62,141 nt of DNA, taken from NCBI GenBank assembly GCA_000708835.1, contig DF237484.1, positions 1 through 62,141 on the forward strand, given 5' to 3'. Under the pieces are notes generated by a model. That model was not told the DNA's origin and made no database searches. It worked only from the letters and a program-made list of their open reading frames with translations. The position numbers were made by a program, and so were the translations under genes. The stretch's first letter is position 1, and every line of letters starts with the position of its first letter. This document shows positions 47,255-59,203 of this stretch, in pieces. The stretch comes from Klebsormidium nitens (taxonomy: Eukaryota > Plantae > Klebsormidiophyceae).

Positions 47255-50200
47255 ATGGGCAGCTGGACATTCACAGGCCCGCAGGGGCACCTGCTCACAT
47301 GCACGTACATCCACCCCGCATTTGACGACCGCAGGCACACCGCCGCAGCGTCCACCTGCACGCCCCTTGCGCACCAGACGCCTGGGGGCAGAGATCTGGG
47401 CCGAACTGCGGGTGCAGCAGCCCCTGATGCTGCGCTGATTGTCTCCTCAAAGGACAGCGATGGGGTACGAGTTGCTGACAGGCAGGCCAGCAATGCTGCC
47501 GCCTCCGCGGCCCACACACTGGAGAGGCCGCTCCAAAAGGACCTCGCGGCCCTCAGTTCCTGCGTGGCCCTCCGCACTGGCTGGGCGTCAAGCGCTCCGC
47601 GCCCGGTGCGATGCCCCCCCAGCATGAGCGCAGCAGCGCACCCAGAGGAGGGCGCACGCCGCTGGTCGATCGGGCATGTGCTGAGGACGGCCGCCCTGGC
47701 CCTCTTCTTTGGTGGTGCCGCCTCCTTCACGCGGCGCATCCTCGCGACGCTGCCCCCCGACTTCATTGCGCGGTGGCGCAAGCTGCTGGCGGACCAGCCG
47801 GAGGACAGTGCGGCCCTGCTGGACAACCCGCAGCCGACGATAATCTACGACCGGCATGGCACCGTGATTGCCACCATCGTGTCGGGGGGCATCGGCACCA
47901 CCAAGGAGGGCGGCGACGCGGACGCGCTGCTGCAGCCCATCGAGATCCCTACCGCCATGTGGCAGGCCATCGTGGCGCACGAGGACCGCCGCTTCTTTGA
48001 CCACGAGGGCGTGGACATCCGCGGCCTCTCGCGCGCCATCATCTCCCTGGGCCAGTCCGGCGGGGGGAGCACCATCACGCAGCAGGTGCGCCGCTGCCTG
48101 CCCCCATCTCCTCGTCTGCACAGACATGCGTGGGGCATCCTGTGGGGCAGGGCGCCCTTGCGTGCGTACCCTCGCTGACCCCTGCTCTGTGATGCGCCTG
48201 ACCCTGCTCCGCGTGTGTGCTTGTGGCCGCAGCTGGTGAAGAACGTGTTCTTGACCAACGAGCGCACGTGGTCGCGCAAGCTGGTGGAGATCCTGCTGTC
48301 GCTCGTGATTGAGAAGCAGATGTCCAAGCTGGACATCCTGCACCTCTACATCAACAAGGTGAAGAATGCCTGCCCCCACCGAACCAACACGCCCCCAGCA
48401 GCCTCTTGACTGGCTGCTTGCATACAATGTCATTGCACTCCCAAAGTGGGGGCTTTGGCTAATGTCACCCATTAAGTCTTCCTACCTTGGGGCTTGCCGT
48501 TCTTGCCTCGGCCGTCGGCCGTCCCATAGCCGTGCTGGTGCGCTGGTGCAGATCTACTGGGGCCACGGTGTGTACGGCATCAAGGCTGCGGCTGCGCTCT
48601 ACTTTGGGAAGCACCCGTCCATGCTCACCGTTGGCGAGTGCGCCATGCTGGCCGGCATTGTCCCCGCCCCAGAGCTCTACTCACCGCTGCGAGACCCCAG
48701 CCGGTGAGCAACGGGCTACCGTATCTCAGAAAGGGCGTCTTGTCCATGAAAAGGCTGCCATGCTCTGGGGGGCGCGTAAGAGTTTGTCAGCACGCTGGCC
48801 AGGCGCGGCGCCAGCCAGCGCTTGCTCAGATGTGGGGGCCTGCCTGCTTTGTCGCTGAGGGGATGGGCGGCTGTGTGCGCAGGGGCAAGAAGTCGCAGGC
48901 GCGCGTGCTCAAGGCCATGGTGGACGCGGGCTACCTGGACCTGCACACCTGCCAGCAGGAGGCGCGGGCGCCCATCCACCTCTCCTCCGGCAAGGCAGCC
49001 GGGGCCGGGCCCTGGCGGGCGCCCTTCTTCATCAGCGAGGTCAGTCCCCCGGACTCTAGCTGGTTTGGGCCTCATCCGGCCGGCTATGCTAACCAGGACC
49101 CTACTCCGCAGGATCCATGTGCAGCCATCAGCGATTTCCCCCTGGGCTGCGGCGCTGAGGCGTGTGTGTGCGTGTGTGCGTGCGGCAGGTGCTGCACCAG
49201 CTGAAGCAGCAGTATGGCGAGGCAGTGCTGCACGGGCGCGGGCTGCAGGTGACGACCACGCTGGACCTGCCGTGGCAGGAGGTCGCGGAGGCCGTCCTCA
49301 AGGAGGGCTGCGCCGAGTACGACGAGGAGCGCCTCGAGTTCGGCGAGCGCGACGTGGCGCGCATCCGCGAGAAGCTCAAGCGAGCGGAGAACGAGCGCAT
49401 GCGCGGGCTGTACGAGACGGTCCTGGGCGACGCTGTGGCGGAGGTCAAGGCCGCGGGGCAGGCCAGGTGGGGCTGCGGGACAGCATAGCCACCGGTCTCA
49501 TGGGCAACGGAAGGAGCCCACAAGGCTTACAGCCTCGAATTGGCAATGCACTTGATTACAACTCAAGCGAACTGCCGACGGCTCCAATTGATTGCCCGCC
49601 GTGTGGTACTGGATGCGCTCTGGTGCTCGGCACGGCGCTATCACTCTGGCTGTGCGGCACAGCGTGGCGGTGGGCTCTGACCGCGCGTGCGTGCGTGCAG
49701 GATGGAGGGCGCCATGGTGGTGATGGACCAGCAGGACGGCGCAGTGCGCGTCCTCGTGGGCGGCCGCGACTACTACGAGAGCTCCTACAACAGGGCCACC
49801 GAGGTGAGCCCCTCCGCCGCGCACGCCACGCTGGCCATTGGAGCAAGGCGGGATGTCCTCAGGGCAGGCGCAGTCGCGTGGAGTAGGAGCTGACACTGCA
49901 AAACTTGGGACGCCTTTTTGATTCCTGGGTGTTCTCATTGTCTGCTGTATGTGCAGGCGGAGCGGCCGTCAGGGTCGACCTTCAAGCCCGTGGTCTACCT
50001 CACAGCTCTCGCCGAGGGATAGTGAGCAGCCGTGACCCTCGTATACAATGGACTAAAGCGCGTCTCGATGCAGAGAACGGCTCCTGCGTAGCTCCATGCT
50101 GCACCGGTCGCTTGCGCTCTTGAGACCGCTCCTCGTACTCCCACGGTCTGCCCGTCCTGCTTGTGCTGCGCGCGCGGTGCGTCCGCCGGCTGAGCGTGTG

Positions 50201-53200
50201 CGTGGCTGCGGTGGTGCAGCAAGGCGCGGCACCCGCTGGTGGACGAGCCGTACACCATCGGCGGCTTCACCCCCGAGAACTTCGACCGCAAGTTCCGCGG
50301 CAAGGTCACGCTCGAGCAGGCGCTCGTCAAGTCCATGAACGTGCCCACCGTCAAGCTCTGCGCCGAGGTCGGCATCGACAAAGTCGTGCGCCTCGCCCGC
50401 GCGCTCGGCATCGAGCGCCGCCTCCCGCACGAGCTCGCCGTCTCCCTCGGCATGTGCGAGGTCAGCGCCGCCGCCACCAACTCTGCCCCATGCATCCCCC
50501 TCCTCGTACCCTGACGCTGTTGGGACTTACAAGGCGCGTTGAGCTCCCCTGGCTGACCTTCGTCCTGACGAGCTGTGCGTGTGTGCGCCGCAGGTGACGC
50601 CCCTTCAGTTGGCCAACCTGTATGCGACGATTGCCAACGGCGGCACCGTCTTCCCGTCGTACCTCATCACCAAGATCATCAACGCCAAGGGCCAGATCGA
50701 CTGGGAGCACAAGGTCAGCACGCCACGCCTCCCCCACTCCCGACCTGTCCCCTCCTCTCGGCCCCGGCTCGTATGCTCACTGCGCCGGCGCTCTCTGGCC
50801 GTCTGCCGTGCGCGCTGTCGTCTCGCTGCTGACGCACACTGGGGGGGGGTGCAGGTGGAGGCGTGCGGGCAGGCCGAGGTGGGCGAGAAGGCGATGCCGG
50901 AGCTGCGCCGGCTGCTGCAGGCCGTCATTGAGCGCGGCACCGGGCGGGCCGCCAAGATTGGGCGCCCCGCGTGCGGCAAGACCGGCACCTCCGACGGCTT
51001 TCGCGACGTCTGGTTTGCCGGCTTCACCCCGCAGATGACCGCCGTGGTGAGCCCTGGCGCACGCGCAGTGTTACCAACGGGAATTTCTGTAGTGTAGCTC
51101 GGGTACCTCCTGCCCAGGCCGTCGGGCTGCTGCGTCTGCTGGCGCACTCTGCTGTCTCCTACCCCAAGCGTGGCTCTCGGCTGTGCGTCCTGGCTGACCC
51201 CCCGCTGCGGTGTGCCTGCCAGGTGTGGCTGGGCTACGACAACAACTTCACCGTGGGGGGCACCCATCCAGGTAACCGCGCCCCCCCTCCCACCAGCACC
51301 GCCCCCCTGCATTTGCCCCTCTGCCTTGATTACCCGCGTCCTGCTTCCTGCCATTGCCGTCTCCCGGCCTGCGTGCGCATATCTCGTTGCTGCTGCACCT
51401 TACTCGCAGCTTCCCTGTGCCTCTGCAGCCACGGGTGCCTCTCACGCGGCCCCGCTCTGGAAGCGCTTCATGATGAAGGTCCACGAGGTGAGCCCCCATG
51501 CGCTGCAACCCCCCTCGCCGCTTGATGCACACTGCCTTCGCTCTGTGCTGCACCCGCATGGCCAGGCTGCTCCCCTGCCGGGCCTTCCCTCAGCTGCCTG
51601 GTCGCCAACCCGCGCTTGCCCCCTGTGTGCGTGCAGCGGATGCCGGTGATCCGCTTCGAGGACCACTTCAAGCACCAGCGCAGCTTTGCGGTAATGGAGG
51701 CGGCCCCCCGCCTGCTGCGCGCCGCAGACGACGACGAGGAGGATGAGCAGCCCGCACGGGCGGACCAGGTCAGCCAGCGCCCCTGCTAGTCTGCCTGCTG
51801 CCTGCCGGGGCGCGCCCTCGTTTTCAAGCACGGGCCAGAGGCCCCTGTACGCCCTTCTGGCCCCTTGCAGCGTGCTTAGAGATGCTCGCAGTTTGTCGAT
51901 GCGCTCAGCGGCTGACTCGCTGCTCCTCCGTGCAGGCTGCGGTGTATGCGCCGTTCGACCCGCGCGAGCCGGTGCCGTGGCGGCACGTGTGGGACTGGGA
52001 GGTGGCGAGCAGCCTGTGGTCGGAGCGCGAGCGCATGGGGAGCTACGTGGCGCAGCGCGCGGCCAGCATGAAAAGCCGCGGCCTAGCCGTGCCGCGCCTC
52101 GACGAGGAGCGCCCCTGGGACTTCTACGGCGAGACCGAGGCCGCCGACCAGGACGACGCCACCACCGCGCTGTGCGTCATCGACCCCATCGAGGCCCACG
52201 CGCAGCCCCCGCCTCCCGCCAGCTTCCCGGGCCTGGCGTGGCACGGCCGGCGACGGGGCCGGGGCAGCAGCGCGCGGCGCATGAAGGAGGGGGAGCGCAG
52301 CCCGCTGAGCCCGCTGTTTGGGCGGCTGTACGAGAAGTGGGTGTGGGCGGAGCAGAACGTGCGCAGCAACGGGCGCGTGCCCAAGGACATCCGCACCGTC
52401 GCCGAGTTCGAGGAGTGGCACGGCGCCATGCTCGCGCAGCAGCCCGCCCACGCTGCGCACGAGCTCACCTTCAACTCCTGCGTCGACACGAGGCCGCTCC
52501 GCCTCGAGGCCCCCAACCCCCTCCTCAGCAGGCCCCCCGCCCTGCCGAGGTTCCCCGGCATGGGTGCAGGGAGCGTGGCGCGCGGGGCAGGGCGGCCGCC
52601 GGTGCTGTCGTCGGGGTGGGCGCAGGACCCGTGGGAAGCGGAGCCCAGCAGCCCGCGGCGGCTGAGCATCAGCCACAGCCGCAAGAAGATCCGCGGCTGG
52701 GAGCCAGGGTCGCCGCGGCGCGGGGTCAGCCCGGCCGCCTCGCCGAGGGGCAGCCCGGGGAGGTCGCCCCCGGGCACACCCGCCCCGCACGAGGCGGCAG
52801 CGCAGCCCCCGAGCGGGCAGCTCATTGCGGAAGCGGTGAAGCAGGTGAAGAGCCGGGAAGCGGCGGAGAAGCAGCGGGAGGAGGAGGAGCGGCGAGGCCG
52901 GCTGCCTCTGCTGCAGTTTGGGAGGCGGAGCAAGGCGCGCGCGCAGGAGGAGCCGGAGGAGGAGGGGGACGACTGGCGGGCCGTGATGGAGGACAGCTTC
53001 GCGTCCAAGGTGGCCAACCGGTGGGGCACCGGCGAGGACGAGCCGGAGCCGTCGCCGGCGCACATGTTCAGGCTGCCCAACGTGGGGCAGTCGTTCAACC
53101 TGGGGAGCCTGAACAACTGGAAAGAGCAGCTGCAAAGAGACAAAGAAGCGACCGAGACAACATCCGAAGCCCAGGCACCTTCCAGGTTGCCTCCAAAGTT

Positions 53201-53363
53201 AGTCCAACAAAGCCCGGACTCTGAGGCAACTACTGCTTCCAAACTGCCCCATCCGCCAACCTCATTGACTCTGCCGTCACCTACCGATAACGAAGCCCCC
53301 ACTACCCAACTATCTCCAAGAAGGTCGCGGAGGAGGTCGAGACGAAGGGTCAAAGTTGTATAG
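47255..53363 (+). CDS. PBP: class A bifunctional penicillin-binding protein (transglycosylase plus transpeptidase), plastid peptidoglycan type, about 13 exons
   Basis: Transglycosylase motifs EDRRFFDHEGVD (47981), GGSTITQQLVKN, RKLVE, LYINKIYWGHGVYGI. Transpeptidase SxxK STFK (49975-49986), SxN SMN (50332-50340), KTG (50978-50986), DVWFAGFTP. Long uncharacterised N-terminal leader; start codon tentative. Confidence 0.95.
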
Positions 53364-56300
53364 GAAGCAAATGCACCGTGTTTGGATTGAGTGGGCCGGA
53401 AGTGGGTTGGCAACTTAATAACATGCAATCATGGTTGGAAGGAAATTAAGTAACTTTGCAACGTGCTCTAAGGATGGATGCTTACCATGTCATAAATCGC
53501 CGCACCCTAATGAAACAAACCAACAAAATGCTTTGTTCCTTTCTAAGGAGAAGAATCTTCGGACATTGCAGCATCGGTTTCAAGCTTGGTTATTGTACAT
53601 GGGTCGTGGTAAATAATCCTCAACATGCACTTTCATTCTGAAACCCTCTATTGAACAATTTGCAGGTTACTCAAATGGTCGTTTGCGAAGCACATTATTG
53701 TACAAATGGTGGCATAATTACCGCATTAAATGCATGTGCGTCACAAATCATCGTCGACGAATGTTTGTGTGCAGCATGCTAGCACAAAAATTTGTACATG
53801 TCTTAGTCTCGACTTTTATATTTGTACAAGTAGTCGGGGCTTGATTGACACTACGTAGCGAAGCTTAAAGAATTGGCTGAAGATACATATGCATATCGTC
53901 AATGAAGAATGTACAATGACCACGTACCTCAGCATGGCTGGTTTTTCCAACTTTTAGCCTGGTGCAGCAAGGCTTCAAACATCCGCGCTGGCAAGTCCCA
54001 TACGAACTTAAAATACGTGATAATATAGATTGAAGGGCGATCGTGCATGTAACTTAGTAATGCATGTGCTCATCTACCGATCACAATGCCATGCACTGTG
54101 GCGATCAACATTAGAAATTCGATACTTGTCAGCTGATGCATGATCGAGATATGCGATAATGCATGGGATTTCCGAAGCACGGCGCTACTCATCAATCTTA
54201 ATAAAAGATGAAAAAGATGTTGAAACATATCCGGCCAACAAGATAATCAACGCTTCAAACTGGAAAGTAAAGTTGTGCTTCAGCATTGCTTATAACACAA
54301 TCGTGCATTGCAACACAAGCGAAATGCACACAAAAACCGACGCAATTCATTTGAAAACAGCAATTAACCAATTCATTCAACAACTTAAAATGACTAAGTT
54401 TGAGATTAGTTATGCAACATTTCAACTTCGTGATGAACCCCTTGCCGTGACGTCGACATGATGAAGTACAACAAGGCTTTCTAAAGTTGCAATCTTATTG
54501 GCCAAATCTAAAGATGAATTGTCCAGACGGTAATCAAAAAGTGTTGTCATTAAAAGCAAAAATGTGTCATACCATGTCACGCTTAGTACTCATCCAAAAA
54601 ATGGTTTTGCACCGACCGGTCGATCATGGCCATGTGCACATGCAAGAGAGGCTTGCAAGGGTCTCGTGGGGCGCAGAGCTTAATCGAAGAAATATTTCGA
54701 CGAATACAATTGGTGCTGACAACTTGGTTTGTCACCCCACGCCGGGTGTAGTACGCAATGATGAACACAATTGTGTATAATTCAGAGATGCGATTGAATA
54801 TATACATCCAAATGGCATAGTACCTAGATCACCACACCCAACCAATGGACTCACATTAAAAGCTAGACCAAGCATATGCATGCAGCAAACGAACACAATC
54901 TTTGAGTGCGCATAAATTCAGCCGCATGTTTCCGTGACTCAACCTTGAAGAAAATAGACTCACTCAAGAACCTTTAGTGGATGAGGTGTGTTACCTCTCA
55001 GCAGCGTTTCCATCGTCCCTCTTACCATCTTGCTACCGTGAGGCTTAGGTCCCGCCGCGGTGCACCGGACCAACTATTGCAAGTAGTCATCCATGAACGA
55101 CTCGCACATGCGAAGAATTCCTTCTACTCGACGAAGTTATCATGGGAACTGGAACAATCCTAAGCAACCAAGTTTGGGCATGTGCTTACGGTATTTTCAA
55201 ATCTAGAAGTATATTTACAATCCCCCATTCTAGAGGGCCACCCGTTGATTTGGCTACTAAAGCCTGTCCGTGGATCGATTGCACGCCACCATCATAATTA
55301 AGAAGATGGCAACAAATCAGATTCATCGATGGAGGAAGCAGATGAACACTTCAAGCAGATCATGGTAAATTGATGGTAAATCTTATTTGTACGCCACTTT
55401 TCCGACGCATTCTTTTGCAGAAAGAAGGAACACAGTCAACGGCCAGTCCCGCAAGAACTCTATGCAACAAAGGTTTTGGCGCACAAGCAATCTATGGTGG
55501 GTACCGGGAGTATCAATCCCGTACCATTGCAATCACAATTTTGTTTCACTGGTGTCGCGACTCGCGACAAGTCTTGTACGCAGTACTGACGACCCTATTC
55601 GACGGTAATCGTGAATCCGGTCCAATTTCATGAATTTGAGATTTTCTGACATCTTAATCAACGCCGAAGTTCTGTAGAACTCGGCAGTACGGGTACGTAC
55701 CCACAGTCGATACTTTGGTCTGCGCGTCCATAAAAATTGACTTCTATGGTCTCGATCGCGGAAGTTCCGACTCGACCACTCTAGAGTACCGCGGTACACA
55801 CGCTGAAAGAAGTTGAAGGAATAGTGTTAGAAAAGGCGCATTTCAAGAAGCAACAATGGTGGTCAACTTTGCGCCTTATATGTCGCTTCCTGGGATTTAA
55901 CCGCATCAAAGCGCTAGGTTAGAGCTTTCAAGGACCCATAATGACGCCCTTCTGAGGTGTTGCTATGCTTGTCAGCGCTTTCTACATGCTGCATAAGCCT
56001 CTTCAATTGAGCACCATTTTGATGCTTCTGTCAGAGTGTAAAGCATAACACTATTTTACAATTTTAGCACACACACTCACGGCCAAGCGGAATTCTGCGA
56101 GTACTTGTAACGTACACGTGTAACATAAACCTGTGTCGACGTTACACGAACCGCCGGTAATACTAACGGTATTCTATGTACGTACCGGGACTGGCAAATT
56201 TGCGACGGTCGAAGTCGAAAGTGACTCGGCGGCGTAACACCCCCCTTAGGTAGCTTGTGTGTTGGCGCTAGCCAAGGGAAACATAATTGGGATATTTACT

Positions 56301-56456
56301 TTTTGGTCTGAACAACATCATCTTCGCAGAAACAATTATCAATATTAGCCAGGATCCTATGAACGAATAAATCTTGGCTGGCGGCAGGTAAAACCCCCAA
56401 CTAAAGCTTCAAATTGCGAAAAGCTTACCCTTCGTGCAATCGCCTACAAGAAAGTA

Positions 56457-56518
56457 GTTCCATTCGAGTTCGATCGAATGGAACTCGATCGAATGGAGGA
56501 TCGAGTTCCATTCGATCG
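56457..56518. repeat. nested inverted-repeat cluster
   Basis: Perfect 20-bp arms cgatcgaatggaactcgatc (56471-56490) and gatcgagttccattcgatcg (56499-56518) with an 8-nt loop, plus an overlapping 11-bp inverted repeat at 56457-56467/56474-56484. Confidence 0.9.
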
Positions 56519-56773
56519 CAGGATTTAGACGTGCCTAAAGAACTCATCGGCAAGTGATAACGTTACAAAATTCGGTTCACTATGGCATGCAATTCCAGCT
56601 TGCAGCTCGGTCTTTGCCAAAGCAAAAGGGGAGCAAAAGACTCCGTATATTAACTGTTAGATTCAAACGTGCTGCCACTCGGGCTATATATTGGCGCCAC
56701 TGTAGCTCTAATTGGCAGGCCGTTCGAAAATCGCAAAATGCGGAACGCGATGACGTCACGATGACATTACCGG

Positions 56774-56822
56774 GCGGCCGAGTGCCGCAAGTGACCTGCT
56801 GGGTTCGAGTCTCAGTGGAGAC
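56774..56822 (+). other. tRNA-like fragment (T-arm/B-box only), not a complete tRNA
   Basis: CTGGG-TTCGAGT-CTCAG stem-loop at 56799-56815 and an A-box-like ggccgagtg about 25 nt upstream. No anticodon arm or acceptor-stem partner found. Confidence 0.2.
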
Positions 56823-57327
56823 GATCGACGGTTGATCGCGCAAAAGGTTGCCTGTGTGATGTGAAACGGGTCTTGATGGCTGGGGGCGCCGAACATTTAA
56901 GGGTTGTTGAGATTAAGGAGTCACTGCTATCTTGATTATGCCCAAAACTCATATGCCATACCGGAGCAGTGTTGTCGTTGTGCAACGCATAGATTCGTCT
57001 TAATAATGCCGAGATCAAGCCTCTCTTAACGTGGCCGGATCAACGCCTTTTTGAGTCTATTAAGATTTAACGTGAGCGAGATCGGTTCGATCCACGCTTG
57101 TTGCTGGTTTTAGTTTTGTCCTTCCCGGATGCCATGACCTTACGTTTTCCAAGGCTCACGCGCGGCCTCTTTTTTGCTCGTCTTCCGGCGTTCTTTGCAA
57201 GGTTAAAGAACATGGGGGAGGCCAGTCTTGCCGTAGATGCAAAAGACGCCGTTCTAATTTGCCATCTGTCCTACAGCTCCACTATCCAGGTTTGAATACC
57301 CCGTGCAGCGCATGGAGAGGCAAAGGA

Positions 57328-57760
57328 TTAAAGATCGTTTGAGTGTTTGAAGTCCTCAAACCAGTGATAGCTGTGCGTTCGTTTGGCGAACTCCTTCATG
57401 GGCGCCTTGAGAAAGGTGGCCAGCGTGCGGTCAAACCAAGGAATGTACTCCGGGTGATTGTGCATCTAGGGAGCCACGGTTGCCAAGTTGGTCTATTTTC
57501 TAGCCGCGCGGTAGAACCTGGGGGTGAGGAGCATCTTGGCGGGGGACTCACTGGACGGGAGCTCGTCGTAGAGCTAGCGCTCTCGCCCCTTCTGCACCAA
57601 AACAAGGGCGCCCACGCTCTAGCCTCCTTATGTGGTAACACATCGACCAAATTGTGACATGCGGATGAATCGCAAGGTCCGGTCCCCCCCCACGTTTCCG
57701 CCCATAAACCGACAGTACACAAAGCGGGTTGTCGAGGAGCACAACCTCGCTATAATAGGA
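57328..57760 (-). pseudogene. stop-interrupted coding relic, family unknown
   Basis: One frame with C-ending codon bias reads SVGALVLVQKGRER*LYDELPSSESPAKMLLTPRFYRAARK*TNLATVAP*MHNHPEYIPWFDRTLATFLKAPMKEFAKRTHSYHWFEDFKHSNDL*. Confidence 0.45.
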
Positions 57761-58439
57761 CATCGCACGAGCATGAATGATAACACTTCTATTGCCGTCA
57801 ATCGATTGCGGCCAATCAAAAGTTTAAAATCCACCGCCACTTCGGCACAAGGATCAAACTCTCCATAAATGTCAAGGCTTCACGCCAACGCATACATCAT
57901 GATGTGCATGATACCCGCCCTAAAAAGGGAACTCACTTGCTAGCGCCTCGTCATCAGAAGTGAAAGCATAGCACTTACAACAATCATGGTCAATCTCCTA
58001 CATAACAAACAATACACATGTGCGATTACCCGGCCTGCACCATGCGAAAGTTCTAATATGGCACTATCAGACTAGACGAGAGAGGATGGAACGAATCGAA
58101 AGAGGTAAAAACACGCTTGGATAAGAGGCGAATCGGTGCGCCTTAGTACGAGTTCACTTGGCAAATCAAGCAATTACACAACGCAAGTAGTTCACACAGT
58201 TTGACTACTCAATGCTGCCGCTATCGTTGTCGGTGCTGCCGTCTCCTCGTAAATTCTTGCTCTTCTAGTCCCTCAAAGTCGCTTTCGTCCTTGGAAATCG
58301 AACACTTGAATTTCACTGCCCTTCGTTCTGGGAACAGGTTCCGCTTGGCTCTCTCTAGGTCTAACTTCTTACTAGTAGAAAGGTGAAAGAAGGCTTATCA
58401 AGCTTGTAGCAAGCTTATAGCAATATATAGAAAGGTGGG

Positions 58440-58729
58440 TCACACGCCAAATTTCGCCCGAGTTTTGTATGGTCGCAAGTTTGGAGTTTGTTGTGGGCCA
58501 ATTTGATCCGTTTTCCGGTGGAGTGCCAAATCCCGGCCAACGATTATATATATCAAAAGTTCAAATCGTACTCCTTGACTGCAACTCAATCCCAGCCGTC
58601 GAAACTCCCAACACCGGTATAGTTTCGATGATTACAGGATTTGCCGCAATTCCAATGATGATCATTGTTGAGATTTGGGCACCAAGTGTGCGCGATCTTG
58701 TGGGTGATGTCGACGGTAAGCTCGACGAT
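58440..58729 (-). pseudogene. second stop-interrupted coding relic, family unknown
   Basis: IVELTVDITHKIAHTWCPNLNNDHHWNCGKSCNHRNYTGVGSFDGWD*VAVKEYDLNF*YI*SLAGIWHSTGKRIKL, with coding-like codon usage. The + ORF 58469-58738 looks like its antisense shadow. Confidence 0.4.
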
Positions 58730-59203
58730 CACCGATAGTTAGCGATGTGCGGGTAAATGCGCGCGGGTAACAGCATTACATCCAAATGACTTATTCAGAT
58801 AACCGCACCGTTATGAGTATGTTCGATAATAGCCGTAAATATTCAGATCTGCGCGAAACTCTTGGGCTTGCTTATCCGCGGTCAACTGAGCCCATAAGGC
58901 TATCAGTAAAGACCATGGCTAGGAGGTGTGCCTCTACTTGAGTGAGTTTAGCATAGCACACGGACTACATATGTGACGTGTAAGTTGATCATTCGATCAT
59001 TCAATCCCAGCAACGCCGTGTTTCAACAGGTTATGGGCCCAAGGAGTTATGGGCGCACCACGGCGCCTAGGGAGTGAGGGCGCAGGCATTCAATCGTAGG
59101 CCTCCAAAGGTTGATAATTGAATTTGTGCGCCAAGGTCGGCCAATGGTTCTCTCTTATCAATGACGGCATCAACGGGGGCGGTCTGCTTTATAGTGATGC
59201 TCT

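Noticed and set aside
47255-53363. Bacterial contamination or prophage as the source of the PBP
   Set aside because: The gene has about a dozen spliceosomal introns and host-like codon usage.
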